DNA of 64,000 nucleotides from Octopus vulgaris (Eukaryota), in contig OX597842.1 in assembly GCA_951406725.2 (NCBI GenBank), positions 22,258,001 through 22,322,000 on the forward strand. The letters run 5' to 3'. Below the pieces are notes generated by a model that saw only the letters and a list, made by a program, of their open reading frames with translations, had not been told where the DNA came from and did not search any database. Below, piece after piece: positions 23,584 to 36,950 of this stretch; the first letter of the stretch is position 1; every line of letters begins with the position of its first letter. A program made the position numbers and the translations under genes.

Positions 23584-26069
23584 ACGGACTTTTTTCAGTT
23601 TCCGTCTACCAAATCCACTGACAAGGCGCCACGCAGTGGGACTGAACCCGGAACCATGTGGTTGGTAAGCAAGCTACTTACCACACAGCCACTCCTACGC
23701 CTATAATATATATGACAGGCTTCTTTCAGTTTCCGTCTACCAAATCTACTCACAAGACTTTGGTCAGCCCGAGGCTATAGTAGAAGACACTTGCCCAAGG
23801 TGCCATGCAGAGGGACTGAACCTGGAACCATGTGGTTGGTAAGCAAGCTACTTACCACACAGCCACTCCTATGCCTATTTGTTGATTTCAAGTTTTATTT
23901 GACTGAATCTAAATGCAAAAAAAATGTTATGGAGATAAATATTTATGAATATTGATACACTCTCATATGGTGTGTGCACTTGGTCCAACCTTTACAAAAA
24001 TACGAGATTACTCCAAGGGAAATGAGAAATATCCATAAAAATTACTAATTAAGCTGATAAGAAAAAATTTTAAAAAAACACAACAAAAACAATTTGATTT
24101 TAAAAATTCATTTTTATATTGAGGTCAAAACCCAAAATTTTAGGCCTCACAGATCATATGACAAAAGGTGGAGAGAACGCAAGTTTCAAAGAAGGAAAAT
24201 GTGCAACAATTAGGTCTTACATAAATCTGGATGCAATAAGACGATGCCTTTAGTTATAGGGCATGATTACCAATGGAATCCCTCATCATTTAATGTCCGT
24301 AGCTGTTAGGAAGGGCATCCAGCTGTAGAAATCATGCCAAAACAGGCAATTGGAGCCTGAGTAGCCCTTCAGCTGGCCAGTTCCTGTTAAGCTGTCCAAC
24401 CCATGCCAGGACGGAAAACAGACAAACGATGATGATGTGAATGAATAAGCATTATATTTGATGAAATATTCTGATTAAGGAAGCACTGTCGGTTACGACG
24501 ATGAGGGTTCCGGTTGATCCGAATCAACGGAACAGCATGCTCATGAAATTAACGTGTAAGTGGCTGAGCACTCCACAGACACGTGTACCATTAACATAGT
24601 TCTCGGGGATATTCAGCATGACAAGGCTGGCCCTTTGAAATACAGGTACAACAGAAACAGGAAGTAAGAGTGAGAGAAAGTTGTGGTGAAAGAGTACAGC
24701 AGGGATCACCACCATCCCCTGCCGGAGCCTCGTGGAGCTTTTAGGTGTTTTCGCTCAACAAACACTCACAACGCCCGGTCTGGGAATCGAAACCGCGAGT
24801 CCGCTGCCCTAACCACTGGGCCATTGCGCCTCCACACTATTCTGATTGCTAAAGGGCCAAACCTAGAACACTTGTAAACACCTGTGTCTTGGTTACATAT
24901 GGTTACTTTCCGACAAGTGTTGCTCATGAGGCCAAATGGCTAAACAGATTAGAATACTAAAAGCTTGAACAACCAAAAGCTGACAATACCAAATTTTCAA
25001 ATATTGCAGAGAAAAAAAATACAGAGAAAAGTGGTTTTAAAATATTTATTTACAATTTTTGAAGAGATTTTGATTGAGTTGACTCCATTATCATCGTTTA
25101 GTGTCCGGTTTCCATTCTGGCATGGGTTGAACGGTTCAACTGGGGTCTGGGAAGCCAGAAGGCTGCACCAGGCCCAGTCTGATCTGGCAATGTTTCAGAC
25201 TTGGCCTGGTGCAACCTTCTGGCTTCCCAGACCCCAGTTGAACTGTCCAACCCATGCCAGCATTATATTTTCTGAAAAAGTCTTTGTTTTTTTTTCTAAG
25301 TTCACCCTTCTGCCATAAGTGGAGAAGTCCAAGTTGTACCGAACTAAATGATTCTGCAGAAAAGATTACTTGAACTTTTATGCCTGCATCACGATACCAA
25401 CAATTTTCAAAGCACTCATATTTGCAGATGGGCAATTGTTGAGCTCAAAAATTATATTTTTTTAATACATTGTCCATTAAAATGTTTGCTTATTGCTCAG
25501 CCCCTGAAATTAAATGGTTTTATTTTTTTCCTGTCTCCTAACACTACCAATAATAATAATGTTCCTCTCACTATACATCAGTATTAAAAAAAGCCTCACA
25601 CATAAAGATCATCATAGCTTTCTCGTGAAAGAACAACTTTCCTTGAGATCTCGCACTTTGATATCGGGAATGATAGTGTATATCTTTCCTATTCTGTTGG
25701 TAATAATCCACCGTGATATTCAAAGGAACATCGTTAACACAAAGACCGCAGAATTAATGAAAGAAAGGAAATAAAGATAGCAGATGTTTGTTTAATATTA
25801 CGCAATCTAAGAGTGAAGGCGAAGGGAGACAATCAGGGACACAAGCCAAGTATATTTCAGCCAATCAAAATTCGATCTTTTGATGAATTTGTTTATAATG
25901 GTGACGGATTTCCACCTTTTGACAACGATGAGTCAGTATTCGGTCAACTGAACTGGCTGTATATTCCAAAGACATGTACTGTTAATATAATTCTCAGCTA
26001 GGTGTAGCTTCATAGTTAAATAGTTTATTTCCAAACCATGAGGTGCTTGTGTTCATTTCTCGTGCTCGG

Positions 26070-26700
26070 AGCCAAGTCCTAGCAAAGCATTGTACTACTA
26101 CATGGTCTACTATAGCCCAAGTCCTACCAAAGCATTGTACTACTATATGGCCTACTATAGCCCAAGTCCTACCAAAGCATTGTACTACTACATGGCCTAC
26201 TATAGCCCTAGTCCTACCAAAGCATTGTACTACTATATGGTCTACTATAGCCCAAGTCCTACCAAAGCATTGTACTACTATATGGCCTACTATAGCCCAA
26301 GTCCTACCAAAGCATTGTACTACTATATGGCCTACTATAGCCCAAGTCCTACCAAAGCATTGTACTACTATATGGTCTACTATAGCCCAAGTCCTACCAA
26401 AGCATTGTACTACTATATGGTCTACTATAGCCCAAGTCCTAGCAAAGCATTGTACTACTACATGGCCTACTATAGCCCAAGTCCTACCAAAGCATTGTAC
26501 TACTATATGGTCTACTATAGCCCAAGTCCTACCAAAGCATTGTACTACTATATGGCCTACTATAGCCCAAGTCCTACCAAAGCATTGTACTACTATATGG
26601 CCTTCTATAGCCCAAGTCCTACCAAAGTATTGTACTACTATAGCCCAAGTCCTACCAAAGCATTGTACTACTATAGCCCAAGTCCTACCAAAGCATTGTA
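26070..26700. repeat. 45-bp minisatellite (~13-14 copies) grown from a SINE segment
   Basis: Unit TAGCCCAAGTCCTACCAAAGCATTGTACTACTATATGGCCTACTA. The flanks match the CORE-like SINE (CTACTATAGCC...ACCAAAGCCTTGTGAGTGGATTT). Confidence 0.9.
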
Positions 26701-27364
26701 AGTGGATTTTGTAGACAAAAGCTGAAAGACGTCTGTTATACATAAATGTGATTGTGCTTCCTTCTCCTGATATAAAGTGATGGATGCAGGTGAGTGTCAC
26801 TACCATGAAAATGAGGTCTGACTAAGGAGAAATATTACTATAGTTAAAAACAGGTAAGACCAGGTGATATGAAAGGTATCCAGCTGTGGATTTGCCATAT
26901 CAAATACCATCCACTGAATGGGAACATGGAAATATGAACATAAAAGCAATGATGATTGTATGTGAGGTAGTATGAAAAAGTAGCATGCCAACAGATGGCA
27001 GCACACAGTGACCTTCATGAGGCAGAGTGCCAAGTAACTGCTTACTTTGCAAGGTGTGAAAATTGTGATCATGTGATGGAAGCACTCCGTCGGTTACGAC
27101 GACGAGGGTTCCGGTTGATCCGATCAACGGAACAGCCTGCTCGTGAAATTAACATAGTTCTCAGGGATATTCAGCGTGACACAGAGAGAGTGACAAGGCC
27201 GGCCCTTTGAAATACAGGTACAACAGAAACAGGAAGTAAGAGTGAGAGAAAGTTGTGGTGAAAGAGTACAGCAGGGATCACCACCATCCCCTGCCGGAGT
27301 CTCGTGGAGCTTTTAGGTGTTTTCGCTCAACAAACACTCACAATGCCCGGTCTGGGAATGTGAT

Positions 27365-28230
27365 CATGTACAAGAAGTTGGAACAAAGAACCAACGTGAA
27401 ATTTGGGGTTGAACTTGGGAAGCCTGCTCTGCAGACATTGAGCATGCTTTGGCAAGCCTATGGCATCAAGGCAATGTGGGTCATATGCCATGTTTTGAGT
27501 ACCATAGGTGCATGACAGAGCCACAGCTCACTTTTTACAACACCCACAGAAAAGTGCATTGAGAGTTCATCCCCCAGGCCAGACCATCACTCAAGAGTTT
27601 TACTGTGATGTTTTGAAGGAAGAAATTCAGCAAAAGTGACCAGATCTATGGAACATAAAGAACCGGTTTCTTCATGACAACGCATCCTGTCACCAAGCTC
27701 TCCTCATTTGTGAGTTTCTTGTCAAAAACAACATGGTATTGTTTCCGCACCCACCCTATTCACCAGATCTAGCAGTTGCTAGCTTTTATCTGCTCCCCAA
27801 GATCAAAATGCAGCTCAAAGGTCGCCGTTTTAACACCATTGTTGAGATCTAGGTCTTCAACTCGCTTAACCCATTAGTGTTTGCATTATTCTGCCAAAAT
27901 TAATGCTGCTTCATCTACATTGTTTTGAATTAATCATGCATTATCTTGTAGCTATGAGATAACTGTTAATTTTTAAAACAATATTGTAGGGTTGGTGTGA
28001 GAGACCAGATATGGCTAGTTTGAACATAAAAAAGGCAGAATATTTTTGGCCGGATACGGCCGGTTTAAATGCTAAAGGGTTAAGGAAAATGACTTCCAGG
28101 CTGAATTCCAAATGTAGCAAGAATTCTGGGACCAGAGTATTGCTGTGCAAGTTGACTATTTCAAAGGAGACAATGTTAAAATTTAGGTAAAAAAAGGTTG
28201 TCTATAAAGAAAGTATCATTAAACATAACT
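27365..28230 (+). mobile_element. Decayed mariner transposase remnant, interrupted by a TTAA MITE (27867-28082)
   Basis: Recognisable motifs EQRTNVKF..LGK, LHDNA, HPPYSPDLA, LKGRRF and C-terminal WDQSIAVQVDYFKGD, with deletions and stops. Confidence 0.8.
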
Positions 28231-29094
28231 AGTCCAAGAACCTCCCGATACCTATTTCTTTACTACCCACAAGGGGCTAAACACAGGGGACAAACAAGGA
28301 CAGACAAAGGGATTAAGTCGATTACACCGACCCCAGTGTTTAGCTGGTACTTAATTTATCGACCCCGAAAGGATGAAAGGCAAAGTCGACCTCGGTGGAA
28401 TTTGAACCCAGAACGTAACGGCAGACGAAATACCTATTTCTTTACTACCCACAAAGGTCTAAATACAGAGGGGACAAACAAAGGGATTAAGTCGATTACA
28501 CCAACCCCAGTGCGTAACTGATACTTAATTTATCGACCCCGAAAGGATGAAAGGCAAGGTTGACCTCGGCGGAATTTGAACTCAGAACGTAACGGCAGAC
28601 GAAATACGGCTACGCATTTCACCCGGCGTGCTAACGTTTCTGCCAGCTCTCGACACCACCAAATGTACATTTTTTTTTGTACATGTGAACATGCATGGCT
28701 CAGTGGTTAGGACATGTGACAGTGAGTCCAATTCCCAGACCTGGCTGTGTGTCGTGTCCTTGAGCAAGACACTTTATTTCTCGTTTCTCCACTTCACTCA
28801 GCTATAGAAACGAGTTGTGACATCACTGATGCCAAACTGTATCAGCCCCTTTGCCTTTCTCTTGGATTGATAACAGTGGCTGGTATGCATGGGCGACTGC
28901 TGATCTCCCATAAGCAACCCTGCCTGGACTTTTTTCTCAGGAGTGCAATCCCATGATCATTTACGACTGAAAAGGGTCTTCACCCTTTGCTCTATGTACA
29001 TATAATGCATACAGATGCATGTGTATACATGTCAGAGCATTTTATGAAACCTCAGTATCTAACACTCTTTTACTTGTTTCAGTCACTTGACTGT

Positions 29095-29915
29095 GGCCAT
29101 GCTGGAGCACCACCTTTAAAAAGGTGTTAAATCATACCTCCGACGGGACACGAACCCGCAATCTCTGGCTTAGGAGGCCGGTGCCTTATCCATTGGGCTT
29201 CAGATTATCTGATAACATTCACATCAGATACATCATCAATATTTATCAAGTTTCAAAAATGAAAGGAAAACGTTTATATACAACAGACACAAACTAGGAG
29301 CCATGCTAGAGCACCACCTTTAAAAAGGTGTTAAATCATACCTCCGACGGGACGAGAACCAGCAATCTCTGGCTTAGGAGGCCGGTGCCTTATCCATTGG
29401 GCTTCAGATTATCTGATAACATTCACATCAGATACATCATCAATATTTATCAAGCTTCAAAAATGAAAGGAAAACGTTTATATACAACAGACACAAACTA
29501 GGAGCCATGCTGGAGCACCACCTTTTAAAAAGGTGTTAAATCATACCTCCAACGGGACACGAACCCGCAATCTCTGGCTTAGGAGGCCGGTGCCTTATCC
29601 ATTGGGCTTCAGATTATCTGATAACATTCACATCAGATACATCATCAATATTTATCAAGTTTCAAAAATGAAAGGAAAACGTTTATATACAACAGACACA
29701 AACTAGGAGCCATGCTGGAGCACCACCTTTTAAAAAGGTGTTAAATCATACCTCCGATGGGATGAGAACCCGCAATCTCTGGCTTAGGAGGCCGGTGCCG
29801 TATCCATTGGGCTTCAGATTATCTGATAACATTCACATCAGATACATCATCAATATTTATCAAGCTTCAAAAATGAAAGGAAAACGTTTATATACAACAG
29901 ACACAAACTAGGAGA
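29095..29915. repeat. Four-copy 204-205-bp chimeric tandem repeat
   Basis: CATACCTCC occurs at 29133, 29337, 29542 and 29747. Confidence 0.92.
29135..29198 (-). pseudogene. 5'-truncated tRNA-Arg(CCT) pseudogene (further copies at 29339, 29544, 29749)
   Basis: The minus strand reads GCCCAATGGATAAGGCACCGGCCT-CCT-AAGCCAGAGATTGCGGGTTCGTGTCCCGTCGGAGGT, followed by a T5 run. The 5' acceptor strand is missing. Confidence 0.8.
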
Positions 29916-31080
29916 TATAAATCTGTGGTAGAATTACTGTAAGATAATTCTTCTGGACTGAGACTAATGGCAGCATTTCTGTTAATCAATCTATAGAATG
30001 TCTGCAAAATGCATTTTGTATGCAGATTAAATGTGCATTACAAATTACAGAGTGGTTCCTTATTTTTTTATTGCCCACAAGGAGTTAAACATGGAGGGGA
30101 CAAACAAGGACAGACAAATGGATTAAGTTGATTACGTTGACCCTGAAAGGATGAAAGACAAAGCCGACCTCGGTGGAATTTGAACTCAGAATACAGCGGC
30201 GGATGAAATACTACATAGCATTTTGCCCGGCTTGCTAACGTTTCTGCCAGCTTGCCACCTTTGATGAAAGGACGAAAGGCAAAGTCGACCTCGGTGGAAT
30301 TTGAACTCAGAACGTTTCTGCCAGCTCACCGCCTTACAAATTACAGAGTAGTTTCTAATGGCTGTCCATGTTTAAAAAGATCACAAGACTGCAGCTGACA
30401 AGAATTAAACATAATCATCATCATCTTTTAATGTCCATTTTCCATGCTGTCATGGGTTGGATGGTTTGACCAGACTTAGCGAGCTGCACCAGGTTCCAGT
30501 CTGATTTGGCTTGCTTTCTATCACTGGATGACCCCCCCCCCCATCCTGATGCCAACCACTTTACAGCGGCAACATTGGAAATATAAATATTTAAGAATCA
30601 ACTATGAAGAAACGATAAGCGTCTGTATACTGTGGTGAGAGAAGAATAATTATGGAATTTGAACTGAGAGAAGTTTCAATAAAAGGATATTTCCTCAAAA
30701 ATATACCCTCATTAGACACTATTGTATTCATAATGGGATAAAATAGATCACTGTGATGCCTGTCGATCTGTGGTAAATCACTCTCAACATGAATGCATAA
30801 CTGATAAAATAAATGCACTCAATCAAAGAGAAGCCAGATCACTGTCAAAATTATGGCACATCATTCTTACAGATCAGTACCATAACATCTCACAAACGTA
30901 TACATAGAGAAGAAGTAGAAATACGTTTTGCAGAGAGATCTGTGGCACTTCATTTTCTGAGACCAGTACCCTAAAAACACACAAACGTATTCGTACAATG
31001 AAAGAATCCATTTCGCTGTGATATCAGTTGTAAAATAATTCTCGCAAAAAGGTAACTTAATTACTCACCAACATGTGGAG
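29818..31080 (+). pseudogene. ZNF pseudogene E
   Basis: 5'UTR homologous to that of ZNF-C. ATG context AGAATAATTATGGAA at ~30652 is followed by an early stop and frameshifted finger remnants (ATCTGTGGTAAATCA, CACAAACGTAT). Confidence 0.7.
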
Positions 31081-31436
31081 GGTAATTATTACTGGTGCTT
31101 TGAAAACGAAATTTTAAAAAAATTACATTTTAATTGCAAAGGCTAGCAACAGGCAAAGTTTCCATTGGACAACGTACATTCGAAGATATTTAACAGAACC
31201 ATTATCCTCATGCGAACGTAGCGAATTTACTCTCTTTACTTGTTTCAGTCAAGTGAATGTGGCCATGCTGGAACACTGCCTTTAGTCGAGCAAATCGACC
31301 CCAGGACTTATTATTTGTAAGCCCAGTACTTATTCTATCGGACTCTTTTGCCGAACCGCTAAGTTACGGGGACGTAAACACACCAGCATCGGTTGTCAAG
31401 CAACGTCGGGGGGGACAAATACAGACACACATACAT

Positions 31437-31471
<35 letters not shown>

Positions 31472-32461
31472 GCACATATATATATATGAAGGGCTTCTTT
31501 CAGTTTCCGTTTACCAAATCCACTCAAGGCTTTGGTCGGCCCGAGGCTATAGTAGAAGACACTTGCCCAAGGCACCACGCAGTGCAACTGAACCCAGAAC
31601 CATGTGGTTCGTAAGCAAGCTATTTACCATACAGCCACTCCTACACCTATGTTTGTGGAAAGCCACAGACAAAAAATACAAAATATATTTAGCTTTGTAC
31701 AACTTGTGCCTTTTCACTTATGGCAAGACACTGAATTTCAAAAGGTGACTTTGTTAGAAAATAAACTTATTCATCACTCAAATAAAGTCCCTCTTAAAAA
31801 TTGTAAAGAAATGTTTTAAAACTGTTTTTCTTATTTTCTCAAAGATTATTTCAAAACCTGCATTTTTTTTTTTTTTTTACATTTCAGCATCTCATGGTTG
31901 AGCAAATAATGAACACTTATTTGAAATCAGCCTCGTCTTTTAACCGTTTATCATTCAGATTATTGTCAAGTGTAATGTTTGTTTGTTTTTTGTTTTTTCC
32001 AGTTTCAGCTCTTGAGCTGTGGCCATGCTGGGGCACCGCCATTGTGGTGAAAGAGTACAGCAGGGATAACCACCCCCTGCCGGAGCCTCGTAGAGCTTTT
32101 TTAGGTGTTTTCGCTCAATAAACACACACAACGCCCGGTCTGAGAATCGAAACCGCGATCCTGCGACCGCGAGTCCGCTGCCCTAACCACTGGGCCATTG
32201 CGCCTCTACTTATTTATTCACATCGCTTTTAATTATTCAAGCATTATCTGGTAGCTTTAAGATTTCACTGACATGATTGTACAAACAAAGACAGACAAAG
32301 GGACTAAATCGATTACATCGACCCCAGTACTTAACTGGTACTTATTTAATCGACCCCGAAAGGATGAAAGGCAAAGTCGACCTCGGCGGAATTTGAACTC
32401 GTAACAGAGCGGTAACGAAATACTGCTAAGCATTGCGCCTGGCGTGCCAACGTTTCTGCAC

Positions 32462-33451
32462 AACTGGTAAAATAAATGCACTCAAATCAAAGAGAAGCCA
32501 GATCACTGTCAAAATTATGGCACATCATTCTTACAGATCAGTACCATAACATCTCACAAACGTATACATAAGAAAAAATACGTTTTGCAGAGAGATCTGT
32601 GGCGTATCATTTTCTGAAACCAGTACCTTGAAAACACATAAATGTATTCGTACAATGAAAGAATCCATATCGTTGTGATATCAGTTGTAAAATAATTCTC
32701 GCAAAATGGTAACTATAGCCTTCCAGCTTCACAGACCCCAGTTGAACCGTCCAACCCATGCTAGCATGGAAAACGGACGCTAAATGATGATGATAGATCA
32801 CAGGGGGCTAAACATAGAGGGGACAAACAAAGGGACTAAATCGATTACATCGACCCCAGTACGTAACTGGTACTTATTTAATCGACCCCGAAAGGATGAA
32901 AGGCAAAGTCGACCTCGGCGGAATTTGAACTCACAACGTAGTGGCAGACGTTTTGCAGAGAGATCTGTGGCACTTCATTTTCTGAGATCAGTACCCTAAA
33001 AACACACAAACGTATTTGTACATTGAAAGAATCCATATCGTTGTGATATCAGTTGTAAAATAATTCTCGCAAAAAGGTAACTTAATTACTCACCAACATG
33101 TGGAGGGTAATTATTACCGGTGCTTCGAAAACGAAATTTAAAAAAATTACATTTTAATTGCAAAGGCTAGCAACAGGCAAAGTTCCCATTGGACAACGTA
33201 CATTCGAAGATATTTAACAGAACCAATATCCTCATGCGAATGTAGCGAATTTACTCTCTTTACTTGTTTCAGACATTTGACTGTGGCCATGCTGGAACAC
33301 TGCCTTTAGTCGAGGAAATTGACCCCAGGACTTATTCTTTGTAAGCCTAGTACATATTCTATCAGTCTCTTTTGCCGAACCGCTAAGTTACGGGGACGTA
33401 AACACACCAGCATCGGTTGTCAAGCAACGTTGGGGGGACAAACACAGACAC

Positions 33452-33491
<40 letters not shown>

Positions 33492-33640
33492 GTATATATG
33501 TACATATACATACATGTATATATATATATAGCCCGAGGCTATAGTAGAAGACACTTGCCCAAGGTGCCACGCAGTGGAACTGAGCCCGGAACCTTGTGGC
33601 TCGTAAGCAAGCTACTTACCACACAGCCACTCTTACACCT
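32462..33640 (+). repeat. Local duplication of the pseudogene E 3' region
   Basis: 32462-32710 and 32948-33640 re-copy 30799-31650, including the adjacent SINE. Confidence 0.8.
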
Positions 33641-35169
33641 AATGCATGATTAACACAAAACAATATGAATAAATAAGCAGAACATCTTACAGAGTAATCT
33701 AACATTAAAGGGTTCGTGTCTGTTTTCCGTGCTGGCATGGGTCGGACGGTTTGACCAGAACAAGCAAGCTAGGAAGCTGCATTAGGCTCCAGTTTGACTT
33801 GGCTTGGTTTCTACAGCCGGATGTCCTTCCCAACACCAACCGCTTTACAGTGTGCGGAGTGCTTTTAACGGGCCACCAGCATGAGATCTTTTACATGACA
33901 CCAATACAAGTGCATTTTCTGTGGTATTGACACAGGGCGCTTGCAGGCCAATCTTCTTCACCAGGTGACGCAACCATAACACTTCTGCTGTGGAGGGCAG
34001 GTCTTCTTGAGTGCAAACATTGCACGGCAAGCCGCAACAGATGGCCAAACCCATACTTCTCGAACCCCAATTAAGCATGCTGTACCACTGAGCTAAGTGA
34101 CTCGTGAAACATTTCACCCAATTAGTTCGTGGAATTGGTGCAGATGCTGCCTTGGCTGAGATTTTAAACAGGTTTCCCAGAGTAGCCGACTCCATCAGTA
34201 GAGGGTGATGTCATCTGCAAATCTGAAATGATAGAAAACAAAATATTGTAAGACAGAGAATACTGAAAAAGGCAAGAGCGCAATCCCTAGGCATTATCTT
34301 TTGCCTACCTTCCATTGAACTGTATTAACCCTTTTCTTACTGCATTTATTTTGAGATGTTCTGTGTTTCTTTCAATTATTTTAAATATAATGAGTTTAGT
34401 AAAATAACTTCGTTATCATTAAGCTAATGTTAGGAACATAAATTGTGACTAAGGTTTGGTGGAAGATTTTAATTCAAAAATTATGAAAACAAGACATTTA
34501 TACTACAGAGCCAGAGCCGGTTTCAGACGGGTTGGTATCAAAAGGGTTAAAAATTGTTTCTCTATCATATATTTTTAAGCCTTTTGTTACCATATTTCTG
34601 TTGAGATGCTCTGTGTTTCTTTCAATTAATTTTAAATATAACAATGAGTTTAGTAAAATAACTTAGTTATCATTCAGCTAGTGTTAGGAACATAAATTGT
34701 GACTAAGGTTTGGTGGAAGATTTTAATTCAAATCTTATGAAAAGAAAACATTTGTACTACATAGCCAGAGGTGGTTTCAGCCGGGTTGGTAATCAAAGGG
34801 TAAATTTGCAGATTTTGTTTCACTTGTTAGAAATAGCAACCAAATCTTGTGCACATTGAAGACACACATGACCGACTGTCTTTAACCCTTTTGTTACCAT
34901 ATTTCTGTTGAGATGCTCTGTTTTCGTTTTCAATTAATTTTAAATATAACACAGAATTTAGTAAAATAACTTAGTTATCTTTCAGCTTAGTGTTAGGAAC
35001 ATAAATTGTGACTAAGGTTTGGTGGAAGATTTTAATTCAGAACTTTTGAAAACAAGACATTGTACTACAGGGTCAGAGCCAGTTCCAGCCGGGTTGGTAA
35101 CGAAAGGGTTAACCAGACTGTACTATAGGTAGTTAATTTTTGTTATTGAGAAAATTACTCACAACTGAT

Positions 35170-36007
35170 AGTAGAACGATATGGTTTCTCTCATGTATGG
35201 ATGTTTTTGTGTGCAGTTTACGTAATGTTTGAGAAAATGATACACAACAGATATCACAGTGATATGGTTTCTCTACTGTGTAAATATGCCTGAATATATT
35301 TATTGGTAACACATCAGTGATATTGTTTCTCTATGTAAACATATTGAGTTTATCAAGATAATTCCAAGGGATAATGATTTACTACAAACATCAGGCATAG
35401 GAGTGGCTGTGTGGTAAGTAGCTTGCTTACCAACCACATGCTTCCGGGTTCAGTCCCACTGCGTGGCACCTTGGGCAAGTGTCTTCTGCTATAGCCCCGT
35501 CCGACCAATGCCTTGTGAGTGGATTTGGTAGATGGAAACTGAAAGAAGCCCGTCGTGTATGTATATATATAGGTGCAGGAGTGGCTGTGTGGTAAGTAGC
35601 TTGTTTACCAACCACATGGTTCCGGGTTCAGTCCCACTGCGTGGCACCTTGGGCAAGTGTCTTCTGCTATAGCCTCGGGCGGACCAAAGCCTTGTGAGTG
35701 GATTTGGTAGACGGAAACTGAATAATATGTGAATCAATAAGTTTGCTTGAATATATTTGTGTTTATTGGGGTTATCGTTCTGAGAATATATCTCCTTACA
35801 GATATCACAATGGCATAATATCTTACCTGTTCCTTCTTCTGTAGCAGCAGAAGAATCAATCCTTTTATAGACTGAGTTGCTTTCACAGAATTCATTTTCC
35901 GTATTTATTCTTCTCACACCAAAATATGCAGATGTTTATCTCTTTTTCACAGATTTTAATAATCGTTGATGTAAAAGCGTCTGTAGATGCCAATATCACC
36001 AGATAAT
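35170..36007 (-). pseudogene. ZNF pseudogene F
   Basis: Acceptor ttcag|ATTATCTGGTGATATTGGC. The leader (T)ENEFCES has ACG in place of ATG. Decayed fingers are interrupted by SINEs at 35394-35722. Confidence 0.72.
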
Positions 36008-36950
36008 CTGAAATTACAGAGAAAAAAATAATGTAAGACAAAGCAAACTTTAAAAAATAGACAGGCGCAGGAGCGGCTGCCTGGTAAGTAGCTTGTTTAC
36101 CAACCACATGTTTTCGGGTATAGTCCCACTGCGTGGCATCTTGGGCAAGTGTCTTCTGCTATAGCCCCGGGCCGACCAATGCCTTGTGAGTGGATTTGGT
36201 AGATGGAAACTGAAAGAAGCCCGTCCTATATATGTATGTGCGTGTGTTTGTCCCCCTAGCATTGCTTGACAACCGATGCTGGTGTGTTTTTGTCCCTGCC
36301 ACTTAGCGGTTCGGCAAAAGAGACCAATAGAATAAGTACTGGGCTTACAAAGAATAAGTCCCGGGGTCGATTTGATCAACTAAAGGTGGTGCTCAGCATG
36401 GTCGCAGTCAAATGACTGAAACAAGTGAAAGAGTAAATCACATCATTGAAATCTCGAAGCCACAAGATAATGTTTGTTTAACCCTTTAGTGCTTAAACCG
36501 GCCAAATCCGGCCCAATATATTCTACATATTTTATATTCAAACTGGCCATATCTAGCCTCTCACACCTAACCTACATTGACATTCTAAAAACAAACAATC
36601 ACATCATTGAAACCTCAAAGCTATAAGGTAATGCATGATTAATTCAAAACAATCTGAGTGAAAAAGTATTACATTTAATAGAGAAATTTGAACACTAAAG
36701 GGTTAACTTAAAACTATGTGAATAAATAAGTATTACATTTGATAGAGTAACCTGAATGCTAAAGGATTAAACCAGACATATCCAGTTGAAATATTTTGTC
36801 TAATTTATGCTGAAACCGACCAAACATACCCTGTAATGTCATTCTAAAAATAAGCAATCACACCATTGAAATCTGAAAGCTACAAGATAATTAATGCTGA
36901 ATTGAAAACAATGTGAATACCTAAGCATTACATCTGACAGAGCAATCTGA

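Noticed and set aside
25850-25870. CAGCCAATCA CCAAT box as the promoter of pseudogene E
   Set aside because: A single short motif with no supporting exon evidence.
25994-26806. ORFs of 203-270 aa as genuine genes
   Set aside because: They are by-products of a 45-bp SINE-derived minisatellite, with no gene structure.
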